64,000 nucleotides of DNA from assembly GCA_053919585.1 (NCBI GenBank), contig CM132815.1; one strand, written 5' to 3'. Origin of the DNA: Euprymna scolopes (taxonomy: Eukaryota). Of the stretch, positions 42,645 to 51,110 are shown piece by piece. Position 1 is the first letter of the stretch, and each line of letters begins with the position of its first letter. A model generated the notes under the pieces. It did no database searches, had not been told where the DNA came from, and saw only the letters and a list, made by a program, of their open reading frames with translations. The translations under genes and the position numbers were made by a program.

Positions 42645-43150
42645 TACATGTATTTATTCAATTGTATGAAGCATAAATGTCTTACTTGTGTGGTCTGTGA
42701 CCATATCCATTATATTTCGGGAAAAGTTTCCCTTTTCAAACGGATCTATTCAAAGCATGCTGGATGCTTTGCATAGATACCCTCGAGGATAAGGATAAAT
42801 AAATGAAAGGTGGTAGTGTAGTAATCGTTAATGGTTTAAATTGGGTAGAATTTTATTATTTGTTGGGACGACTCAACAAAAACTTGTTTACATTGGATTT
42901 GAAGGCTACCATGTTGTATTTAACCGAGAAGCAGACCAGCGGAACAGTGTTCCACAGGCGGGAAATTCTAGGAAAGAAGTTTTGTTCGTGGAATATACGT
43001 TTAGATTTAGACACAGATAGAAAGTGGGGGAAGTCGTTTATAGTGGTTGTAGCTAGTCGAGTATGTTTTGTGAAAGTTTGGCAATATGGAACTATAGTTT
43101 GGAGCTCAGTCGAGCACTATTTATCAATATGTTGAGAATGAATTGTCGTG
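42645..43150 (-). mobile_element. 3' fragment of a CR1/L2-group LINE
   Basis: The minus strand translates CSTELQTIVP...FHEQNFFPRISRLWNTVP...FKSNVNKFL; aataaa lies near 42653-42658 on the minus strand. Confidence 0.7.
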
Positions 43151-43652
43151 CTATAAGTAAATATACGCATCTCAGGCTCGATTACACAAGGAAAAGCCAT
43201 TTATGTATTTCTTCTAATGTCTGTTTATTTACTTTTGTTACGTCTCTGTTAATTTCTTGTAGTCAGATGAAACTCGCATAGTCAGACGGCTTACTTTGAT
43301 ACTAAAAGAATCTTCGTTTTTCAAGCAATTTTTTTTTACCTCCCAAAAACTTTAATGTTTTTGATGACTGAATCGTGGAAAAATGTCTTTAAAAAAACAT
43401 TCTCTCAACGAAACGATTTTTTTTTCTGAATGCTTTCTTTTTGCATTTTTAGAGACCATTATTATCATCTATAATCTACATGAGTAGGTTCGCATGCTTA
43501 TTTTTGATGCTGTCAGATTACTTCACGTGATGACGCGTCATAAAAAGTAAGTATTTACTATTGTACTAGTAAAATATACGTCATTGCCTGTATAGCATGT
43601 TCGTATATCAATACTACAATCAAACTTTTTTTTAAAATTTTTTTTTCTTCAG

Positions 43653-43729
43653 ATCCCTTCACAGAACTTGGCCTTCGGGACAAGATCAAAGTGCAATTCG
43701 GGACAAGATCAAAGTGTAGTATCTGTTCT
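43653..43729 (+). pseudogene. U2 snRNA 5' fragment / U2-derived target sequence with an internal 20-bp duplication
   Basis: aagatcaaagtgtagtatctgttct (43705-43729) matches invertebrate U2, including the GUAGUA branch-point recognition sequence. atcccttc and cttggcc-ttcg-ggacaag resemble the U2 5' end and stem-loop I. ttcgggacaagatcaaagtg is present twice (43674, 43697). No U2 3' half is seen. Confidence 0.85.
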
Positions 43730-44078
43730 CTGATACATACACAGCGATAGGCAGTGTTGTTCTGGCGACACATTCTCGTGCCCGGCGAGCTTGTTGGGTA
43801 GCGTTCTGTCCGCACCCCCACTTGGTCTGTCTTTCTCTGCTCTCCCCCCTCACGGGGGGATCCGAGCTGATAATTTACGACCTTCCCGCGAGGGAGGGTC
43901 GGAAACACTTTCTCTCTTCCCTCCACTAACTTCCCACTCCCTCTCTCAGTTCTATCTCCCCTCTTGCCGCCTTTGGCGCCACTTCTTTTTGGCGCCAAAG
44001 TCGGCTCCCACTTTGGACGCCGACTCCACGTCACTCATTTTGGTGAATTATACAGGGAAGAGAGAGCTTTTTTCAAAA

Positions 44079-47009
44079 ATGGACACCCCCAACCCGGGGA
44101 CCACCAATAGCGATACCCCCAGCCAGGGGGCTACCACAAGAAAAACTGCTCCCCAAGAGGACGACTCCCCAACAGGGGAAGCAAAAAGCAACGGGGCATA
44201 CCGCCCGGACACTAAACCGAAGGACGCCCCCCAGAAGGGAGAAAACTCACCAGCAGCTCCCCAAGAGGGCGACTCCCCACAAAGGGGAGAAAAAACAATG
44301 TTGGACGGGGCATCCCGTTCCGACAATAAAAATCAAGAGGCAGTAGCCCCAAAGGACGATAAGGGAGACAGTGCTCCCCAAGAGGGCGACTCCCCACAAA
44401 GGGGAGAAAAAACAATGTTGGACAGGGCATCCCGCTCTGACAACAAAAATCAAGAGGCAGTTGCCCCAAAGGACGATAAGAGAGACAGTGCTCCCCAGGA
44501 GGGCTACTGCCCCAAAAGGGGAGTAAATCAAGAAAACGAGGGAGCATACAGCCTAGACCCCCCCCAAAAAAAAACAAAAGGGGCAAAAGCTCCCAAGGAC
44601 AATAAAGAGGACAATGCTCCCCAGGAGGCCGACTCCCCAAAAAGGGAAATATTTCCTGGAAGAAGTATAGAGCAGGGAGAGTCGGTCCCAAAGGAAAGCG
44701 GAAAGGGAAATGCCCCTCAAAATAGCAACCCTTCCGCCAAGGAACAGCAAAAACAGTCCAACCTCACCAAAGATCCAACACCAACAAGAGGGTCGGCATG
44801 GGGGAAGACTGTAGAGAAGCAACTGTCCCCTCAAGAGTATAGAGACTTGTACTTGACCAAGTACAGACAATACATAGAGGGGGCAGAAATTAAACCAGTG
44901 CCAGGCGCTTGGGAGGCAATCGAAGACATAGTGCTCTCCCTCATCATCTCGGATATGCCGGAAAACCGCCTCCTAGGGATGAAAAAGGAAGACATGGCAG
45001 GGCTCCTACACAAGCTAAACATCCCGGTATTATACCTGTACCAGAGGAGCTACGCCATGTGGGACATCCTCCTACCCACCAAGGAAGATGCGGAGAGACT
45101 CTCCCTACAGGAAATTAAGTATGGGAGAATAAAACTAAAGCCCGAATACCAGGGCAGGACAAGGACCCGGGTGCAGGTATTCAATGTACCTATGCAAATA
45201 TCAGCAGAAATCCTGGGATCCTTCTTCACACAGTTCGGCGAGGTGGAAAAAATAACCCCAGTGCGGTCGAAAACCGGCATGCACTTGGGCAGCTACACTG
45301 TGGTCATGAGGCTTAAGAAAGAAGGCTTCCAGGCGATACCAGCACAGCTGACATTTAAGGAGGCAACTATGACAGTAGTAGTGGAGGGGCGTCGTCCGCA
45401 CTGCTGGTTCTGCCAAAAACAGGGTCACATGGCCAAGAGCTGCCCTCAAAGGTCAACTCCTACTCAAGTGACACTAAAGGCGGTCCCAACCTCTGAGACA
45501 GCACCAGTGTCCAAACAGGCTGTCACAACTCCTGCAACCGGAGCACCAACCCCAGCACCGAGGAAACCCAAAACTGTGCAGGAGGCCAAAGGGGAGGAAT
45601 GGATCACGGTAATGAGGCGGAAATGGAAGCCCACAATCCCATCTGCCACCGTCCCACAACCAACCCAACAACTGAGGCAGCAACAACAACAGCAGCCTCC
45701 ACAACAGCCGCAGCAACAGCCATGGCAGCAGACACAGCAGCAGCAGCCAAACCAGCCGTTGAACCAGCCGCAGCAACAACATCAGCTGCCGCGGCCAATG
45801 CCACAACCAATGCCACGAAAACAGCGGCAACAACAAAAACAGCAGCAGCAGCAACAGCCAGAACAGCAGCAGCAGCAACAAAAACGGCTGCAGCAACCAG
45901 AAAAGCAACAGCACCAACCGGAGAAACAACATCTAGAGGAGCAGCAACAACCAACGGTCCCCACACCAATTGAGACGGGGATCAAGCGAAGAAAACACTG
46001 CTCCTCTGAGGATGAATCTGCTAGTGAGAGGGAGAGGAACTCAACCTCACCACTCCCCGGTTCATTCAAAAGAATAAAAAAGAAAAGGAAAGGGGAAGAA
46101 AAGGCAGCCCCCACTCCCTGTGAGCATACACCACCTCTAACAACAACACAACCCACTTCCACCCCCATACCACATACTGCACCAACACTAGACACCGCAC
46201 TAACACCAACACCAACATCAGACACCGCACCAACACCAGACACTGCACCAACACCAGAAACTGCACCAACACCAACACCAGACACCGCACCAACACCAAC
46301 ACCAGACACCACACCAACACCAGACACCGCACCAACACCAACACCAACACCAGACACCACACCAACACCAGACACCGCACCAACACCAACACCAGACACC
46401 ACACAGACACTCGTCCCCACACCAATGCAAATTGAGCCGCCATCCCAGAAAGAAAAGAATGAACCCGGGAGGGGGAGAGACCCTTCAGATTCTCCCACTT
46501 ACGGACTCACTCCAACAGGGACTCTCGCCCTCGAAACGAGAGAGGAACTTTGTTTTGTAGACCCCCTGTCTGTGGCAATGGGCTTACCACACCGGCAGAG
46601 AAAAAATTTAAAACCTCTGCTGGACTTCCAACAGATAGGGGGAAAAGACGTTAATGTCCCCTCTAATTTCCCGGACGCCCCACGGCTAACAACTTTCGTC
46701 AGGCTTCCTGAGGCCTGCAAAACCAACGTGTGGACAATGCTGGAAGCCGCTGAAGGGGCTGGTCCGGGAATTGAACTGATTAGGAAAAATGACCCTTCCC
46801 TTGAGGAACTCGCAAAACAATGCAAGGGAAGGGTCCCAGTGTTGGTCCATCCGTCACTCTATAGGGCCCTTAAATTGACTTACCCTTTGAATGTCGGCGG
46901 CATTGTGAGAGAAGGTCAGGACATGAAAAACCTGACCACCTTGAGCATTGCACACAACGTCGGTGTCCTTTCCCCGGCTGACTTCGGAGCTGAGTGTAAC
47001 ACACCTTAA
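44079..47009 (+). CDS. LINE ORF1 nucleic-acid-binding protein, 976 aa from first ATG
   Basis: Intact frame with an RRM-like segment RVQVFNVPMQISAEILGSFFTQFGEV and zinc knuckle CWFCQKQGHMAKSC (45402-45443). It also has 39-aa N-terminal repeats, a polyQ tract, basic KRIKKKRK and DTAPTP repeats. Confidence 0.88.
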   Translation: MDTPNPGTTNSDTPSQGATTRKTAPQEDDSPTGEAKSNGAYRPDTKPKDAPQKGENSPAAPQEGDSPQRGEKTMLDGASRSDNKNQEAVAPKDDKGDSAPQEGDSPQRGEKTMLDRASRSDNKNQEAVAPKDDKRDSAPQEGYCPKRGVNQENEGAYSLDPPQKKTKGAKAPKDNKEDNAPQEADSPKREIFPGRSIEQGESVPKESGKGNAPQNSNPSAKEQQKQSNLTKDPTPTRGSAWGKTVEKQLSPQEYRDLYLTKYRQYIEGAEIKPVPGAWEAIEDIVLSLIISDMPENRLLGMKKEDMAGLLHKLNIPVLYLYQRSYAMWDILLPTKEDAERLSLQEIKYGRIKLKPEYQGRTRTRVQVFNVPMQISAEILGSFFTQFGEVEKITPVRSKTGMHLGSYTVVMRLKKEGFQAIPAQLTFKEATMTVVVEGRRPHCWFCQKQGHMAKSCPQRSTPTQVTLKAVPTSETAPVSKQAVTTPATGAPTPAPRKPKTVQEAKGEEWITVMRRKWKPTIPSATVPQPTQQLRQQQQQQPPQQPQQQPWQQTQQQQPNQPLNQPQQQHQLPRPMPQPMPRKQRQQQKQQQQQQPEQQQQQQKRLQQPEKQQHQPEKQHLEEQQQPTVPTPIETGIKRRKHCSSEDESASERERNSTSPLPGSFKRIKKKRKGEEKAAPTPCEHTPPLTTTQPTSTPIPHTAPTLDTALTPTPTSDTAPTPDTAPTPETAPTPTPDTAPTPTPDTTPTPDTAPTPTPTPDTTPTPDTAPTPTPDTTQTLVPTPMQIEPPSQKEKNEPGRGRDPSDSPTYGLTPTGTLALETREELCFVDPLSVAMGLPHRQRKNLKPLLDFQQIGGKDVNVPSNFPDAPRLTTFVRLPEACKTNVWTMLEAAEGAGPGIELIRKNDPSLEELAKQCKGRVPVLVHPSLYRALKLTYPLNVGGIVREGQDMKNLTTLSIAHNVGVLSPADFGAECNTP

Positions 47010-47019
47010 GGTAGGTACC

Positions 47020-50000
47020 ATGGCTTTGAATTTGGCTAGTCTGAATGCGAGGGGCTTGAGATCATCGGGCCGGGCGGCTCGCGACCGGCACGACCTCTTG
47101 TCCCTGGGAGTGGATGTTGCTGCGATTCAGGAGACGCATTTCGTTTCCTCTGTGGACTGTCAGGTGCTGGCCCGAGACTTTGAGGTTTTCTCAGCATATG
47201 GCAGCCCGCGGGGGAAGGGAGTTTCCGTGTTGGTTAAACGTACCCTGTCGGCGACGGTCGACGTTGTCCATAGAGATGCGGTGGGTAGGCTGGTTGTGGC
47301 CGATGTTGCCGTAAAAGATTCTGTGTTTCGGGTGATTGCGGTTCATGCGCCCAGCACCGCTCGTGAGAGGGTCTCATTCTTCAGTCAGCTTGACGCGTTT
47401 GTAGATTGTCGGAAGCGGGTAGTGCTAATGGGGGATTGGAATTCCATCTTAGACCCCGACATAGATAAGGTAGGAGGCGGAGCTAGAGGATCGGAGAGGT
47501 GCGAGTCCAGCCTGGCTGATCTGATGGCTAGATGCGGTCTGGTCGACAGGTTTCGGTTTGAGCATCCAGGGCGGGAGATGTGGACGTGGACCAATAGTGT
47601 TTCCTCCTATCCAAATACTTATTTGGACAGGATGTTAGTTAGGAAAGGCGAAGTAGACTTCTTATCTTGTCCCACGTTCACTTGGCTAGGCCAGACGGAC
47701 CATAAATTAGTTATGGCCCGGCTGAAGCTAGGAAATAGGCCTAAGTTAGCAGGGTACTGGAAGTTAAACACCTCCCTTCTGGAGATACAAGACTTCCAAG
47801 ATCAGTTAAGAGAATTGATTAAAAAGGCACTAGTGGGGGCGGTTACCGGGAGTAAGTGGTGGTTAGGTCTCAAAGCCAAGATCAGAAGCTTCTCCGTCAA
47901 GTATGCGCAGCGCCTCGCACTAGATAAGGCCAAGACGAAGAAGAAGCTAGAGCAGAAACTAGCCCAGGCTACGGGGGAGGGTGATAGGGTTAGTCAGGAA
48001 CTAGCTAAGCAGGACCTTCTACGCGAGACTAGCGAGCGTTACGAAGGCCAAGTAGTTAGAGCTAGGCTTAGAAAGATAGGCAACGAAGCAGTCAATTCTG
48101 ATGCAGACGTGCGCCGTGAGGTTTCTAGGCGTGGCTCGGACAAATACATTGCAAAAATCAAACATCCGAATGGACGCACCCTGGAATCGACTCGAGAGAT
48201 CTGCGAGGGGTTTCGAGAACATTTCGAGGAGCGTTTTACGCAGCAGCCCGATCTTCCGGTCCTTGAGTTTAGCGACTATTTGGCCGACTCTCCCCGCCTC
48301 GAGGCGGCTAGAGCGGCTGGTTGCGAGGGCCGGGTGACGGAGCAGGCGGTCTTTACTGCGCTGAAGCAGGTCAGCTGTGACAGATCGCCAGGACTTGATG
48401 GTCTGCCATACGAACTGTACTTGAGGCTGTCGCCCATGTTTCTGCCTCTTCTGACGGATATGTTCAACCATTGGTTTGCTCAGGGATCCATCCCAGGTGA
48501 CCAAGGGAGTGATCACATTGCTGAAGAAAGGTGACGGGCATGGAGGGGAAGAGTTAGACGACTACAGGCCCATAACTCTGCTAAACACAGTTGAAGATTT
48601 TGGCCAAGGTCCTGTCGAATCGGCTGCAGGTTGTTATCGACGAGTTGGTTGAACCGGAACAGAACTACGCTGTGAAGGGGAGATCGATTCAGAACAACTT
48701 GCACCTGATCCGCATGATCCTAGAGGGGGAATAGATGACGACACGGAAGCCGCGCTGATAAACTTAGATCAGTCCAAAGCTTTCGATAGGGTCGACCATC
48801 GTTTCCTGGCATCTGTCTTAGAGGCCGCCGGTTTTAAACCGGACTTTTGCAAGTGGATCTCCATAATGTATCGACAGCCCATGGCTGTCGTGCAAGTCAA
48901 CGGGAAGCGCTCGAAACCCTTTGTTATCTCTCGGTCGGTTCGTCAGGGTTGTCCGCTGTCGCCCCTGCTTTATGTCCTGGCTTTGGAGCCTCTTCTCCGC
49001 AAGCTGAGACATGGGGAGGCAAATTCGGCCCTGCGCGGAATGGCTCTGCCTGGCGGCTCAGCTGCCAAGGTATCCGCGTTCGCCGATGATGTCACGATCT
49101 TCGTGTCGGGCTTCAGAGACATTGAGGTCGTGTCGGAGGCACTCACACAGTACGAAAGAATTACAGGGGCCAAGATAAACAAGTCGGTAGGACTGCGGTT
49201 GGGCGCATGGAGTGGCAACGCAAACCTCCCTGCGCCTTTCAGCTGGACAGATGGCCCGGTCCGGATCCTCGGCGTGTGGTTCGGACCGGGTCTCCAGCTT
49301 GACAAGAATTGGTTGGAGGTACGGTCAAAGGTGGAGGCTGCAGTCAATTCGTGGCTTCCTAGGAAACTTTCCTTAAAGGGTAGAGCTGAGGCGTGCGCCA
49401 CTTACGTCTTTCCTCTCATCCTTTACCGACTGGCCGTACTTCCCCTGCCTGCACAACACCTAAAAGCTCTTGTCGAACTCTTGTCCTCGCTCCTTTGGGA
49501 CAGAGGAAGACACTGGGTGAGCAGACAGGTCTGTATTCAACGTCCGTGTGAGGGAGGCTTGGGAATGCCGGACTTGAAGTGTCATCGAGATGCTGAGAGG
49601 CTGGCCTTCCTGAGCCACTATATGCAGGAGGACCAACCGTGGCACCCCGTGGTTACTGCCGCCTTCCCCGACCTCGTTCTCGACCCTTCCATCGAGAGCC
49701 GTCGCAGGCCGCGGGGAGAATCTGCCTACATGAAAGAGTGCCGAGCCGCGCTAAAACGACTACCAAGGTCCAGTGACCTTGTGACTGCTACCCGTAGGGA
49801 ACTCCACAGGGATCTAGTGAAGGGGGCCGCTGACGACCCGCTATGCGCGCGTTTGAGGTGGCAGCAGAGTGAGATCCGCTCCGCGTGGAGCTGGGCGCCA
49901 GGTTCGAGTCATCTGAACAATTCGGAGTTCTCTCTGACCTGGCGATTGGCCCTAAATGCACTTCCACTCAACAACATACAATGCAGTTCTGGGTTTCTGG

Positions 50001-50443
50001 AGTCGCCTGATTGTCCCCGTTGTGGGACAACGGCTGTGGAAACTACGGATCACGCTTTCTTCGATTGCCGCGAACTCCGCCAGTACTGGTCGTATGTCAG
50101 TGGGGTGACGGCTCGCATCGATCCTGAGCATCCTCGCCCAATTACTGTATCCAATGTTGTGGACAACGTGAGGCCGCCGTGGGACCGGGAAAGACAAATG
50201 GTCTACGTTACGATTCTGGCCGTGGCGAGAATGGTGATTTGGACGTCGCGTCTGCAAGGTTGCCGGGGGGTGTTGTCTTTTTCTGATCAAGATCTGATCG
50301 CGTTCTTTAAACACCAACTACGGGTGAAGATCAGATGTGATAGAAGAAGGCTGCATCGCGCGGCATTTGACAGAAGATGGATACATGTGGCAAGTCTGTG
50401 TGTACGAAGAGGAGCCAAATTTGAATACGTGTTCCCCGCCTAG
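47020..50443 (+). pseudogene. LINE ORF2 (AP-endonuclease, reverse transcriptase, CCHC) with three frameshifts near 48497, 48590 and 48730
   Basis: APE motifs SLNARGL, IQETH, MGDWN, YLDRML and TDH. RT motifs SPGLDGLP, YRPITLLN, LDQSKAFDRVDH, RQGCPLSPLLY and FADD. C-terminal CPRC...ETTDHAFFDC. The ATG follows the ORF1 stop after a 10-nt spacer. Confidence 0.93.
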
Positions 50444-51110
50444 GTGTGGAACGCGTAGTTCTGTAAAGTTAAATTAAACAAGTAGTCTCTCAGCTAGCTG
50501 AGTGTGTGTTCCATCCCTCCCCGATTAGGAAGCCTCCAAGATCCCCATCCCCTCTTACCTGCAATTTTTGTTTTCACCCCTTCCTCTAAATTTTACCCAT
50601 CTTGGAGAAAAAGAAATACAAACTAACCTCCATCCCTTACCCACAAAATTTTCTTTTCTCCATTCACCCCCATCTAGAGGGCATCCCCACCTAGAGACTG
50701 ACCCGCAGAAGCGAGGTTCCTTTTACAAACCTAGTGGAACGGGCAGTCTATCAACTAGACGGGGTTGGGAGGGTCCTACTAATCACCTTTTGTTTTTTCT
50801 TCCCCCTCCCTCGACACAAATGAATTATTGTTACCATTTTATTGTTATCTTTTTTGTTTTTACACGTCAATAAAAAATGTTTTAAAAATTGGGAGTTACT
50901 AGGACGTCCCCCAATATGAAAGGGTGAATGCGGTATTATGGTGAAAGAAGATACTAGCTGGGAGAAACTTTTGACTTTGTTTAGTTCTGGAGTGACAAGG
51001 ATGACCAACGACCCCCAAAATCCCCCTTTTGAGTTGGCCATGTGCCTAAGTTTTTTGTTCACCGTTGATTTTTTTCTGTATTTTTTTAACATGAATAAAA
51101 GATTTAATAT

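Larger units (their letters stand above)
43729..51110 (+). mobile_element. Near full-length Tx1-clade (L1 group) non-LTR retrotransposon, Keno-like (U2-associated), ~7.4 kb
   Basis: ORF1 with RRM-like region and CCHC knuckle; ORF2 with APE, RT and a C-terminal CCHC; 3' UTR with aataaa. Flanked by identical 21-bp repeats atcaaagtgtagtatctgttc (43708-43728 and 51111-51131). Confidence 0.92.

Noticed and set aside
43610-43652. Branch-point/polypyrimidine/CAG acceptor-like tract just before the U2 fragment
   Set aside because: T-rich tracts are ubiquitous here and there is no evidence of a host exon.
43865-43906. Hammerhead-like ctgataa...stem...gaaac in the LINE 5' UTR
   Set aside because: The core deviates from CUGANGA, extra bases precede stem II, and no stem III or cleavage triplet is evident.
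43791-44078. N-terminal extension of ORF1 from TTG
   Set aside because: Non-ATG start in a hairpin-rich region; better read as 5' UTR.
44048-50317. Many antisense and alternate-frame ORFs (Cys/Val/Ala-rich)
   Set aside because: Shadows of the low-complexity, GC-rich LINE ORFs.
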